DNA of 64,000 bases from a virus (IMGVR_UViG_3300001525_000075:1-64000); one strand, 5' to 3'. Positions 1 through 11,828 are shown, counted from the first letter of the stretch. Notes: generated from the sequence alone by a model not told the origin. A program made the numbers and translations.

Positions 1-2
1 AA

Positions 3-1169
3 ACACCTGTTGTTGAAACACCTGTTGTTGAAACACCTGTTAAACCTGCAGAACCTGTTGTTGAAGGTACAAAAACTCCTAGAGATTATATAATAAATAC
101 ACCCGACGGTAAAACTTTTACTATTCCTAAAGGTACCGATATTACAATAGATCCTGATGGTAACTATTTACAATATAATGGATTTAACTTTGGTATTAAT
201 TTTGACGGTAGTATAAATTTACATGATAGATTACGTACAACCTCTACAAATATGTAGCAATTGTTTCCAGGATATAAGGTTACACCTGACGGTTATTATT
301 TTAATTTTAAAGCAAATTATGAAGTTGATCCTGTGGTTTCATTTTGGAAAAAAGCGTTTACTCATCCTAAAGATCGAGTACCTTTTGTAAAATGGAACAC
401 TAGATTTCCACTTATTAAAAAAACTAATCCTGAAAGTTTTGTTGTAAAAAATAAAACAGTTTATAAAAATGTAAGTCCTACAATTAGTGGCGAAAAAGGA
501 AATTATACTATAGGTGTTGACGGAAATTATGTAGGTGATGGAAGCGGTCAGTATGTTACTGAAATTATACCTACTTCAGAACTCCCTAAATTTCCCTAGG
601 AAAGAAGTTGGAGTCCGTTAAGAACGCTAGCTGTAACAGGAATAACGGGATTAGCAGGATATGGAACTTATACATTAGGAAGGGATTGGTGGAAAAGTAA
701 ATATCCTTATGGTTATGATAATACTTATGATACAACAGATGAAAACGGAAACCCTGTGAAATGGGAGATTTATCACGATGAAATATCAGGAAAAGATTTT
801 GTAATTGATCACAAAGGAATTCCGCATTATTTTGTTAACGGAAAACCCGATTTTAAAAATATAGTTACTAAATTTACTAAAGATCCTGAAGGACACAGAA
901 GACCAGTGGATGAAGTTAATGATCAATATGATCGAGTTGAAATTGATAGTAAAGTTGATGAACAAGATGTGCAAAAAAATGATTCAGTTAAAAATCTCCA
1001 AGAAAAAGTATTAGATCTTTCCCCTGATCAAAATGAGCCCGAATAGAAAAACCAAAAGGAACCGAGTACAGAAACATCAACTCAAAAAGCAAGTTCTTCA
1101 TTTGGATCACCTGATGTAGCATACTTATTAATACCTCGATATTTTAAAAATTCTCGTTACTATGTATAA
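3..1169 (+). CDS. Hypothetical protein, 5'-partial, with ETPVV repeats (code 15)
   Basis: Frame 3 is open from the window edge through TAG at 255, 597 and 1044 to TAA 1167-1169, joining track ORFs 261..599 and 756..1046. It starts with TPVVETPVVETPVKPAEPVVE. Confidence 0.7.
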
Positions 1170-1908
1170 TGATTGGACTGAACCTTATAATTTAGTACAA
1201 CCACCCGATTATGTAAAATATGAATCTGTTACAAGTAAAGATCCTGTTGAAAATGAAATAAAATTAGATGATTCTAATCCTTTAGATAGATTACAAACAT
1301 TAATCTATTAGACTAAATAGATTAAAAATTAGAATTAGAATTAGAACGAGGATTATTTATTAAATTTAAATGAAAATAATATTACAATTCCTTCTTTAAA
1401 TATTTCTGATTTAGTTAGTCCTAACATTACTAATACTAGTAATACAGAAAATCATAGTTCTTCTAATGCTAAGAAAACTAAGTTTACAACTCATAAACAA
1501 TTTGTGGATAAAATGAAGCCTATAATTCAATCCGAATTATAGAAACAAGGAATTTCTACTAATTATACAAATGATGTGTTATCACACATGGCATTAGAAT
1601 CAAATTGGGGACATAACCAATCAGGAGCAAATAATTTAGCAGGATTGCAAGCTTACAAAGGTGGGGTTTCTCTAACTACTACAGAATACATTAATGGTAA
1701 AAAAATAAAAACTAAAGCTAATTTTATGGAATTTAATAATTTGTAGTAGTTTGCCGAATATTATATTAATAGATTAAAAAATAAATTCAAAGCGTTTAGT
1801 GGAGGAGATTATGTTACAACTATTAAAAATAGAGGTTATTTCACTGCTCCTCTTTCTGATTATAAACTCGCTTTTAATAGAATTAAACGAGAGATAAATG
1901 GTATTTAA
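1162..1908 (+). CDS. GH73/FlgJ-type peptidoglycan hydrolase (glucosaminidase; putative lysin), code 15
   Basis: Manual translation from ATG 1162 to TAA 1906 through 8 TAG codons gives GH73 motifs MALESNWG (catalytic Glu), NNLAGLQA, TTTEYING and GYFTAP. Absent from the ORF track. Confidence 0.85.
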
Positions 1909-2113
1909 AGAATTTATATTAAAAGTAGTATCTGCAAATAGTGGGATTAGTAGTAAAAGAGTATGTGGAATACTCGGATGGATAGTATGTTTAATTATAG
2001 TAATATAGTGTACTATTAATAATACTGAAGCTCCCACATTTGCAGATAGTATTATTATTGCGTCATCAGCATTATTAGGTGTAGATAGTATAACTAATAT
2101 TTGGAAGAAATAA
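1898..2113 (+). CDS. Small two-TM membrane protein, holin candidate (71 aa)
   Basis: MVFKEFILKVVSANSGISSKRVCGILGWIVCLIIVI(Q)CTINNTEAPTFADSIIIASSALLGVDSITNIWKK has two hydrophobic segments and a basic C-terminus, and overlaps the lysin stop. One TAG at 2006. Confidence 0.55.
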
Positions 2114-2121
2114 CATAGAAA

Positions 2122-4191
2122 ATGAGTCAAGACAAAAGAAATAACAAAGGTAAACCTTATTAGATGCAGGTAGGAGATAAAACCTATTCCGATAGACCAT
2201 ATTATATACATGTATCTCCAACAGGAGATAGTTATGGTGTAGACGATAAAGGTAATATAGTAGGTCGCAATCCAGCTATTGTATTAAATGAAGCTGAAAT
2301 TACAGTTTCACAAGAAGATGTAAATCGTATGAAATCAAGAAAAAATCTTGATACCGCTACTCCTTATAAAGCAGCACAAATTATGACTTTAAAAGATCCT
2401 AATTGGAGATAGAAATATGATATGTCTGCAGATTTTAATACATTTAATGCTGTTACAGGTGGTATATTTAATCAACTATCTCCTATTCAACTTGGGAGAA
2501 ATATTTATAATTTTGCTACAGGTAAACCTACTGCATTTAATGAATTTGTATATGGTAATAATGGACTCTTTACTGATGATTATGCAAGAGAACATCCTTA
2601 TATAGCAATGGCTGGAAATATGGTAGGGGATGCTTTTTTCGAATGGTCAGCAGCTAATAAGTTCAATCCTAATTTAATGGTAAAAAATGCTGTAAATAAA
2701 GGATTAACTGCTTATAATAATGTTGAACAAGCTGGAAGAAATATTTATTAGAGAGTTAGATATAACGCTATGCCTCTTGATAATCCTAGTTTTACATTTA
2801 GTACTTATTCTCAAAAACCTATTTTATTTAGATCAGGTGATGTTGACATAAATCGTTCATTAAGTAGTTATAGACAATTAGGAACAGGGGGAGCTAGAAA
2901 TTTTTAGAGATATATAGATACGGATCCTCATAAAGCACAATACGCTCCTAACCTTAATGATAACAAATCAGGATTATTAGCTAAACTTAATAGTGATATG
3001 CCAAATCCTATGTATAAACAAGGAAGTTTGTGGTATGATCTTCCTACTAAAGGATTTAAAAATAAATATCCTGATCTTTTAGTTACAGGTGAAGATTTAT
3101 AGTTTGCTAACTCTAAGTCATATAGATCCTCTTTCGATTAGGCAGGAAGAAGAATTCCATATTCAGATAGTTAGATTACTAAGTATAACACAAACGCTTA
3201 TACGTTCGATCCAAGTTATGGATATAGACCTGTTGGTTATTTTGATGGTTATCAAATGCCTGTAACAGGTAATACCAACAAACGTACTGTTTTTTACAGT
3301 CGAGTTGGAGATGATTTTTAGTACTATTTAAACAAACTGAAATCAGGAGTAGATAAAGCAACAGATTCAGCTAAAGAAGTACTGGGAGCAGATGTTTATG
3401 CTAGAAATATGGAAAATAATTTCAGGTATAATGCTTTTGCTGATAAATCTTTTTATGCCGAACCTGTTCAAGAAGCTATAACAAAAACTTTTGAAAAAGG
3501 TGGTCAACCCAATTGGGAAACATTCTTGGAATATAAACGAAAATATCCTGAATATGAACATCAGTTCAACAATTTTATGAGAAATTACGCTTATTAGTTT
3601 AAACGTATTCCGTATCATATGAATTATGGTAACCTTGTAGAAAAAAATGATTGGATTAAAAGTTTAAATTTAACTGAAGCAGAATTATCAAAAGATTCAG
3701 GTTTAGGTGGAATATTTTTAAGAGAAGGAAACAATAGAGCAATATATCTTAATGATAAATCTCAACTTGGTCATGAACTTGAACATTGGTTACAAAGTCT
3801 TAGAGATGTTGACGGTAATGGAAGTATATACTTCCCTCAACAAGAAAAGATATTAAACGAAGCTTATATTCATTCTAAAGGTGGTATACCTGAAGCTGAA
3901 TTAATAACTGAAAAAGGTGCAGTTAATCAACAAGTAAGAGAAGCTATTTTAGATAAGTATTATCGAGAAAACCACGTTTATCCTCGTAACGCAACTGTAT
4001 TAAATGAATATATAGATAAACAAACCGATGCGGCATTGAGAGATATTTTGAAAAACAAAACTAATTCATACGGTCAAGAATATGTTGATAATAATTTAGA
4101 CTTTAGTAAAATTAAACAAGCTTTAAAATATGTACCTGCTGTCGGTGGAATAGGATTTTTTGGAATGAAAGATCTAAATAGTACAAAATAA
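2122..4191 (+). CDS. Hypothetical virion/cargo-type protein with HExxH motif (689 aa, code 15)
   Basis: Frame 1 joins track ORFs 2164, 2422, 3409 and 3619 through TAG codons only. Contains GHELEHW and ends at TAA 4189-4191. Confidence 0.7.
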
Positions 4192-4192
4192 T

Positions 4193-4227
4193 AAAAAGGA
4201 GAGTATAAATTATATACTCTCCTTTTT
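4193..4227. terminator. Bidirectional intrinsic terminator
   Basis: Perfect 15-bp stem AAAAAGGAGAGTATA / TATACTCTCCTTTTT with a 5-nt loop, between convergent genes. Confidence 0.8.
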
Positions 4228-4464
4228 AATTATATTATTATGTATTTTGGTATGACAATTTTTACAAACACAAATACAAGATTGTAATTCTTCAATTAAC
4301 TCTTCAGGCTCTTTAGTAGTAACTCCTTGAGATATTCCAAATCTTTTAGTTTTAATGTGATGAAATTCTAAACAACAAGGTTCGGTTTCTCCACATATCA
4401 CACATTTAGTTTTATACTATTTAATAATTGTTCTATTCTATTTTCTTAATTTTAGTTCAATCAT
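4210..4464 (-). CDS. Small HNH endonuclease (84 aa, code 15)
   Basis: Extending track ORF 4210..4401 upstream through two TAGs to ATG 4464 restores the first CxxC (TKCVICGE) ahead of LEFHH...CKNCHTKIH. Confidence 0.8.
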
Positions 4465-5410
4465 TCTTTTTAGGTGATCTAAAAGTAGGATTATATAGTC
4501 TATCATCTGCATTAGGACCATGAATAGTATCTCTAAATTCTATTTGCTTTTTATAAGGTCTATTTAAATTAGGATAATACCAAGAATCTTCAAAATCGTA
4601 AGTGTCAAAGACATCATATATACCGCTATTATTATTTTCTCTAATAGAGTAATTTGCATATTGTGCCGTATTACGTCGACTATAAAATGGAGATTCTTTT
4701 ACAGCTGTCCAAGCTCCTGTTGGATCTACTTTAATATACCCATCTGCTATATCTTTTTTAATAGTTTCTTTAGCTGCATTTGTGAATCCTGAATATTCAG
4801 CAACAGGCTTTCTCGCACTACCATTACTATTAAAATCACCCATAAAGCGAATACCTGTAGCAGGCATAGAATTTAAATCACGAGGCCAACCTAAATGACG
4901 CCACCAAATATTTTTTTCATCAGGTGATGCTTTCATTTCTACATCGTCCCAAGCACCTTTATTGGTTGTCCAAGGAAGTACATTTTCACTTGCACCACTG
5001 GCATCTTGTCTTACGCCAGGGTCTACATTTCGTTTTAATCTTCGTCTACTAAGTCCACCTAAAGTTTCATTCTCAGTGTCCCAACCATAAGAAGGTATTC
5101 TTGCTATCTTTTCATCCCACGTCTTATAGTTATTGGTTCTAGTATTCATCTTCTTTTTCCATTCTTCAGACTGTTTAGCGGCTTCTTTAGTTTGAGATAT
5201 GAGGTATCTTTTGCCACCTCTAATTACATAAGTATTTCCTTTTTCGTAATATTTATAACCGTCTGCCATAGGACGACCATTCGCTAACCATCTTCCATTT
5301 TTATCTCTAGTTATAGTAACATTACTTCTACCTGAAGATTTAATTGGAGTACCTACAAATCTACGATAACCTTCAATTAAATTTTCAAAGAATCCATTAT
5401 TTTGCCCCAT
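4457..5410 (-). CDS. Hypothetical protein (317 aa)
   Basis: Long uninterrupted minus-strand ORF ending in TGA, with no competing plus-strand gene recognised. Confidence 0.75.
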   Translation of the reverse strand: MGQNNGFFENLIEGYRRFVGTPIKSSGRSNVTITRDKNGRWLANGRPMADGYKYYEKGNTYVIRGGKRYLISQTKEAAKQSEEWKKKMNTRTNNYKTWDEKIARIPSYGWDTENETLGGLSRRRLKRNVDPGVRQDASGASENVLPWTTNKGAWDDVEMKASPDEKNIWWRHLGWPRDLNSMPATGIRFMGDFNSNGSARKPVAEYSGFTNAAKETIKKDIADGYIKVDPTGAWTAVKESPFYSRRNTAQYANYSIRENNNSGIYDVFDTYDFEDSWYYPNLNRPYKKQIEFRDTIHGPNADDRLYNPTFRSPKKND

Positions 5411-5489
5411 ACATATTAATTTAAATCAAGTAAATTGTTTAATCTAAAACTAATTATTATTTTTAAGATAAACAAATAAAAAGATTACT

Positions 5490-6185
5490 ATGATTTTATC
5501 AGTTGACATGTTAAAAAAAGTTTGGAATTTTATAAATTAGCTTGACAGTTAGGTTAAAACCATTATAATAATGATACTTTTTGCAGCAGGAATTGTTCAT
5601 TACAGTAAAGTATCAAGTGAAGATATTATTAAAAATTATTACGAAAAAACAGAATCTTTAGAAAGTAAAGCTGATTAGTATACTATAGACGTTGCTCCTA
5701 AAATTAATGAATGTATAAATTCAATACAAAAGGAAGATTTAGATTGTTCTGATGTATTATTATTAAATTATCATAATTCTAAAAAGAGTTTACAAGGAAT
5801 ACGTTATCTTTATTTGAATTGTATTGCTGAAAGTCCCAAGGGTTTAAGTGATGAACCTGTGAAAGATGTTTGGAACGATTTAGAATACATTTATTATTAG
5901 GATGAATTAGCAAGAATACATAATTCAGGATTACTTAGAATTAATGATATAGAAAATATAAAATCTAATTTTCCTAAATTATATAAAAAATTAACTATCA
6001 GTAATGCTAAATCAGCAGCTTTTTATCCAATAGAAGGAATAGATAGTTCTATAGGAATGATTATTGTTTTATATAAAAATCCTAAAATTTATAAAGTAGG
6101 ATTTTATGAACAACACATTGCTCCTCAAATTTAGAAATTATCTACAATTTTAGATTATCCTAATATTAATATAAATGATAAATGA
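5490..6185 (+). CDS. Membrane-anchored hypothetical protein (231 aa, code 15)
   Basis: Frame 3 runs from ATG 5490 to TGA 6183 through TAG codons only, with an N-terminal hydrophobic segment IIIMILFAAGIV. Missing from the ORF track. Confidence 0.7.
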
Positions 6186-7102
6186 TTATGGCTAATGAAA
6201 ATGTAACAAAGCAAAACGGCAATATTTGTTTTATAGAGGATACTCATAAATACTTTGATATTACTGCTCCTGAAAAACCTTTTATATCTGTAACTACATT
6301 AATTCACAGATATGCTCAACCTTTTGATAAAGAGTTTTGGAGTGCATATAAAGCATTAGAAAAACTTCTTTCTAAAGATGCTTGGACTATAGAAAAGAAA
6401 TCTTTATTAAATACTAAGAAATTTGATAAAGAAATATTAGCTTCTTATAATATTTCTGAAAACGATTTCAATGCTGCTCAACAAGGGATTTTAGATGCTT
6501 GGGCTGAAAAGAATAGAGCTTCGTGTGAACGCGGAACTCAAATTCATTTAATGATGGAAAATTCCGTATACGGTTCAGATCGAAGCAAGACTTTGAAAAA
6601 ATTTGGAGTTGGTGGTAAGTTTGAATGTAAAAAAGATTATACTGAACTAGACTTAGAACACGGAGTATATCCTGAATATTTAATATCAAGAGTATCTAAA
6701 GATGGAGTATTGCGATTGGCAGGACAAATAGACTTATTGATTAAAAATGGTAATGAAATATTAATAGGCGATTATAAGACCAACGAAAAAATCGACTTAA
6801 AATCAGGTTTTGATACGACTACTAAATCTAATGCAAAAATGTTATATCCTTTAAACAATTTAATGGACTGTAATTTCTCTCATTATCAATTACAACTTTC
6901 TACGTATGCATGGATGCTACAAAAAATAAATCCTGAATTCATAATTAAAGATTTATTATTGTATCATATAGATCATCAAGGTAATGAAACATTGTATCAT
7001 TGTGATTATCTTAAGGATGAAGTAGAAAGAATGTTGTTACATTATAAGAAACAAATTATTAAAGAACAACAAAAACTTAAACGACAAAGGATAGAATACT
7101 AA
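6182..7102 (+). CDS. PD-(D/E)XK family nuclease
   Basis: ISVTTLI N-terminal motif, RGTQIH, and GQIDLLIKNGNEILIGDYKTN catalytic motif followed by YQLQLSTY. Confidence 0.85.
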   Translation: MIMANENVTKQNGNICFIEDTHKYFDITAPEKPFISVTTLIHRYAQPFDKEFWSAYKALEKLLSKDAWTIEKKSLLNTKKFDKEILASYNISENDFNAAQQGILDAWAEKNRASCERGTQIHLMMENSVYGSDRSKTLKKFGVGGKFECKKDYTELDLEHGVYPEYLISRVSKDGVLRLAGQIDLLIKNGNEILIGDYKTNEKIDLKSGFDTTTKSNAKMLYPLNNLMDCNFSHYQLQLSTYAWMLQKINPEFIIKDLLLYHIDHQGNETLYHCDYLKDEVERMLLHYKKQIIKEQQKLKRQRIEY

Positions 7103-7371
7103 TGAATATAGGTCAAATTGTTAAAGGTCATGTAAACGAGTTCTTTGGATTAAATAAAAATATATCTGAAGAACGAATAAAGATATGTAAGAAGTGTCCA
7201 TTGTATGCTATTAAAATGGGTACCTCTGTATGTAATAGTTCATTATGGGTTAATCCTAAAACAGGAGAAATTAGTAAAGAATCAAAAGAAGGATTTAAGA
7301 ATGGATGCGGATGTAGAATCTATGCGAAGACTACACTTCCTAATGCATCGTGTCCTTTAAATAAATGGTAA
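7102..7371 (+). CDS. Small Cys-rich putative zinc-binding protein
   Basis: CKKCP...VCN...GCGC...SCP cysteine pattern. Confidence 0.7.
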   Translation: MNIGQIVKGHVNEFFGLNKNISEERIKICKKCPLYAIKMGTSVCNSSLWVNPKTGEISKESKEGFKNGCGCRIYAKTTLPNASCPLNKW

Positions 7372-7391
7372 TAATTAAATGTTAATGTAAA

Positions 7392-7976
7392 ATGGAAAGA
7401 ATTAATTTAAATTCCAATGAGAAAACTGCACGTCATATTGCAGGTCTCGAAAACGGTGATTTTTTCACTATGAACACTAAGAATGCTGAAAATCTTAAAA
7501 ACATCGAAGCTATTAGTAAAGCTGAAGATGAGATTGAAACCAAGAAAGAAGAAATTGCTAAGCAAAGTCAAAAACTTGCAGAAGCTAAATTACAATCTAA
7601 ACTTGATTTCGATAAATTAGAAATGAAGGCACTTTACAATTATGTTATAATTAAACCTTATGAAGTAAATCCATTTCAAAATGAAAAAGTTACTAAATCA
7701 GGTTTAATTCTTAATAGTGGTGGTTTGATTCCTGAACATCTTTCTCATGAAACAGGTGAAGTTGAAAAGGATAAAGAATTTGTAAGAGTAGGTACTATTA
7801 TTGATTGCGGTCCCGAAACTAAATATGCTAAGGCTGGTGATAGTACAATGTGGGTTCGTCCTGCTGAAGTACCTCTTCCCTATTATAGAGAAGGCTGGGT
7901 ATTAGTACAAGAGAATAGATTACTTTCTATTCTTAATGAAGGATTAGAAGAACGATTTAAGAAATATGGAAGATAA
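7392..7976 (+). CDS. GroES/Cpn10-like co-chaperonin with N-terminal extension
   Basis: MKALYNYVIIKP...TKSGLIL...GTIIDCGP...AKAGD matches the GroES pattern (PLxDRVxV, TxxGIIL, GxVVAVG, VKxGD). Confidence 0.7.
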   Translation: MERINLNSNEKTARHIAGLENGDFFTMNTKNAENLKNIEAISKAEDEIETKKEEIAKQSQKLAEAKLQSKLDFDKLEMKALYNYVIIKPYEVNPFQNEKVTKSGLILNSGGLIPEHLSHETGEVEKDKEFVRVGTIIDCGPETKYAKAGDSTMWVRPAEVPLPYYREGWVLVQENRLLSILNEGLEERFKKYGR

Positions 7977-8190
7977 AACTTATTTTTTACCAGGAGATTT
8001 AGTTACAATTAAGTAGAATCTCCCTAATAAACCAACCATGTTGGTTGTTAAAAAAGAAACAAACTTATTTAAAAATAAGGTAACTGAAGATAATATATTA
8101 AAAGGAATTCGTTGTAGATGGTTTACAATAGAAGGACTTTTACAAGAAGCAATTTTTAATACTAAGGATTTGATATTAATTAAAAATTAA
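7966..8190 (+). CDS. Small protein, YodC/DUF2158-like (74 aa, code 15)
   Basis: PGDLVTIK(Q)NLPNKPTMLV...CRWF; one TAG; ends at TAA 8188. Confidence 0.6.
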
Positions 8191-8195
8191 ATACT

Positions 8196-8618
8196 ATGGA
8201 TGAACAACAATTACAAAAAGCTTTTGCTTCTTATTTAATGCAATTATCAGGGGCTAAAACTGAAAAAGAACTTCAAGCTTATGTTAAAAAACTTGGTAAA
8301 GAAGGTTTACAAAAAGTATATCAACAGTTTATGACAGAATTGCAAAAGCAACAAGGCACACCTAAAATGGCTCGTCATGGTGCTAAACTTGATTTCATTA
8401 AGAAGCTTAATCGTGTAGAATGTAATGCAGATGAAAAAGCTGTTTATTACAAAGTAGGTGGTAAGTTTTGTAAGAAATGTCAAAAGCGTGAAGCTGAAGT
8501 ACAAGCTGCTCTTCCTACTCAACCTATTCAAGAAGCTGCAACTGGTACTAAATTTGTACAAGGATTTAAGAAGCAAATTGCAGCAGAACGTTGCGGAGGT
8601 AAGTCTAAAAAGAAATAA
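8196..8618 (+). CDS. Hypothetical protein
   Basis: Track ORF that tiles between its neighbours; contains MARHGAKL and a CxxC. Confidence 0.75.
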   Translation: MDEQQLQKAFASYLMQLSGAKTEKELQAYVKKLGKEGLQKVYQQFMTELQKQQGTPKMARHGAKLDFIKKLNRVECNADEKAVYYKVGGKFCKKCQKREAEVQAALPTQPIQEAATGTKFVQGFKKQIAAERCGGKSKKK

Positions 8619-8623
8619 TCTTT

Positions 8624-9214
8624 ATGGTAAACAAAATATTCCTATATGACGGTGTAAATAATAGAATAGAGCTAAATGTACCTGAAATTCTTTTAGTAAA
8701 AGAGTTTGCTAGGTTAATGGATAATAAAAGGAATATTTCTAAAGACGATCCTAAAGGAACTTATAAATTAAGAGCTTTTAAAGAATTTCAATACATTTGG
8801 TTAGCTATAGATTGGCAATCAGTATATGCTGATTATAGCGAACTAGAACGTCATAATGAAGCGTTAAAAGATTCGGGAATTACCGAAGAACAATTTAATG
8901 ACCCTGATTTTAGAAGTGCTTGTAGAAAGTATAGAGAACTGCAAGAATCTAATAGATCTATTAAAATGCTTCACGCTGCACAAAATACTGTAGATAAATT
9001 TATAGACTATTTTAATAACATTGATCCTGAAGAACGCGACCCTTTAACAGGTAAACCTATCTTTAAAGTTAAAGATATTATGACTGAAGTTTCTAATATT
9101 TCTAAAGTTAACGAAGAACTACAAATATTAGAATCACAGGTTAAGAAAGAGATTGCTGAACAATCATCTATTAGAGGTGGAGCAGAAGATGGATTTATAC
9201 CTCAAGGATTTTGA
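8624..9214 (+). CDS. Conserved protein immediately upstream of TerL (possible terminase small subunit)
   Basis: Position next to terL and helical, charged composition. The function is inferred from position only. Confidence 0.5.
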   Translation: MVNKIFLYDGVNNRIELNVPEILLVKEFARLMDNKRNISKDDPKGTYKLRAFKEFQYIWLAIDWQSVYADYSELERHNEALKDSGITEEQFNDPDFRSACRKYRELQESNRSIKMLHAAQNTVDKFIDYFNNIDPEERDPLTGKPIFKVKDIMTEVSNISKVNEELQILESQVKKEIAEQSSIRGGAEDGFIPQGF

Positions 9215-9216
9215 TT

Positions 9217-11523
9217 ATGGAAGTAAAACCTATTAAGAAGAAACGTGGACGTCCTAAGAAAAATCCTGTTTTACCTGAACCTATTCAAAAAATAGTTGAT
9301 GAAGTTAAAGCAAAAGAGGACAATGAAATAAAATAGATTATAAAAGAAGAGAAAGAAAAACGTAAAGGAGAATGGGATATAAAAATTGATGACCCAATTC
9401 TTTTCTTTGATTCTAATCTTTCTTATGAATTAACAGGTTATAAACCTATTAATAAAACTAAAGGTTTAGATTTTAAACCTGAATGGTTCACTGAAGCAAG
9501 AGATACTTTTAAAAGAACTGGACACTATTGTTAGTATCCTTCTAAAAGTAAAGCTTTTTCAGATTTTTGGACTAAAGAATACATAAGATGTCGAGATGGT
9601 ATGACTGTTAATGGATATACAATTACAGGAGATAATTATTTCTTCTTAAATTATTATCAATTAGCAAATCTCGAAACAGCTAAAGCTGGTACAGGTCGTG
9701 TAATGGATTTCCCTTCATTTTATGTCGCATAGTATGAATGGTTTCATTATTTAGAACTGTGCAAACGAGTTAGAAAGAATGCAGTTCTTATGAAAGCTCG
9801 TGGTGTCGGATTTTCAGAAATGGATGCATCTTTGGCTGCTAATACTTATAGTTGTAGAAGTCATACAAATACAATTATTGCTGCTAATTTGTCTAAATAT
9901 GTTGAAGATACTCTTTCTAAAACTTGGAATGCTTTATCATTTTTAAATGACTATACCGATAAAGGTTTCTTTAAATTAAGACAAGTAGTAGATAAATCAG
10001 ATATTAAAAAAGCATCTTATTATAAGATGATTAATGGTCAAAAGGTTGAAACAGGTTGGATGTCTCAGATTAAAGGTATTATTGCGGATTCACCTAATAA
10101 AATTCGTGGTGATAGATGTGATGTACTTTTATACGAAGAGTTAGGTTCTTGGGACAATTCAGTTAAAGCTTTTATACAAGGTGATGCATTAATTGGCATT
10201 CAAGGTATGACATTCGGGATAAAGATAGGCGGAGGAACAGGTGGGGACTCGGGTTCGAAGCTGGAGGGCCTCAGAACAATCTACTACAATCCTGAAGCTT
10301 ATAATGTTTTACCTTATAGACATAGATATACACAATCTCATGAAGAAGTATTAACTGCGTACTTTATTCCTGCGTTTACTGTAGTTAAAGGTAATTGTAT
10401 GGATGCTAGAGGATTCACCGATCCTGACAAAGGATTAGAATATTATAATAATAAACGTGCTGCATTTGCAAGTAATCCTAAAAACCTAATTACTTATGCG
10501 GCAGAATATTGTTATAATGCAGAAGAAGCTTTTTCATTGGAAGGAGATAATAAATTTAATAAAGCAGCTATTGCCGAATAGTTAGCTCTTATTAGATTAC
10601 ATAAACAAGGCAAAGAAGTAAAAACTGGAGATTTAGAATATATATTTAAAAACTCAGTACACACTCCTGATAATATTACAGGGATTACTTTTAAAAGTAA
10701 TCCTAATTCTAAATTAAAAATAATAGAACCTCCTATTTGGGAATGTAGTTCTATTAAAGATGGAGATGGTAATATTATTTGGAATCCTCCTTCTGAACCT
10801 ATTAATAATTTATATGTAGTCGGCATTGATAGTATTGATATTGGTATGCAAGATACATCAAGTGCTACAAAAAGTCCATCAGATTTTTGCGTTGTTGTTA
10901 AAAAACGTGCATATGGTTTACAAGAACCTGAATATGTATGTATTTATAAAGACAGACCTGAAGATATTAGAACTGCATATAAAATAGCAATCAAAATAGC
11001 ATATTGGTATAACGCTATGATTAACATAGAAGCTACTAGAATGAATATGATTAGTTGGGCTAGAGATAATCATCACTTGAAATATTTTATGAAAAGACCA
11101 AGTGCTACTTATCCTGATCCTAATAAACGTAATCGCAACTAGTATGGTTCTCCTGCAACTTTAGCCGTAATCGATCATCAAACAACTCTTATTGCAGACT
11201 TTGTCAACGATTATTGTCACAATATTTGGTTTGAGGAAATGTTAGATGAACTTAATAGATATACTGACGACAATAAAACTAAGTTTGATATTATTGCAGC
11301 AATGGGTATGAGTGAACTTGCTGATGAAGAATTACATGATGTATCACCTCGTTCAGTAGAACCCGAAACTTACGATTTTCAAGACATAGGCTATTATGTT
11401 GATGAGAAAGGTGTGAAACGTTACGGTATTATACCTAAAACTAATAAATACGAAACTAGAGTTAATGATAATTGGAGAGAATAGAATAATTTTATACGAA
11501 CCAGTAATTCTTATTATAGATGA
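9217..11523 (+). CDS. terL: Terminase large subunit (768 aa, code 15)
   Basis: Frame 1 reads through TAG at 9334, 9532, 9730, 10579, 11140 and 11482 to TGA 11521. Motifs: Walker A-like KARGVGFSE, Walker B LLYEE, GTGG, nuclease YVVGIDSID and FDIIAA. Confidence 0.95.
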
Positions 11524-11828
11524 CATTAGACGAAATTAAACGAGCTATTTTATGCATAATAGAATAGCAATATAAGAAAATGTATTTAGGTTCTTTAATT
11601 ATTTTAAAGTTAGATCCTGTAGGTTATCAAGTAAAATTTGGATTAAACAATATTGATAAACCTTTGGTTATTTCTGCTGAATTACCTGATACTCAATTTA
11701 TAAAATTTATAGAAAAAGAAATTCACGATAGAAGAATGGATTTTGTTTAGTATTTTGAAGGATTCTAGACATATCCTAATTCTTGTTGTGAATTTGATTC
11801 ATCCTGTGCTTGTAATGGGAAAAAATAA
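11520..11828 (+). CDS. Hypothetical protein between terL and portal (102 aa, code 15)
   Basis: ATG 11520 to TAA 11826 through TAG codons; overlaps the terL stop (ATGA). Confidence 0.7.

Noticed and set aside
1-65. 15-bp tandem repeat at the window start
   Set aside because: It is an in-frame coding repeat (ETPVV linker), not a regulatory array.
11743-11814. Track starts at 11743 and 40424
   Set aside because: They overlap upstream genes in another frame; ATG 11815 and ATG 40508 fit gene tiling better.
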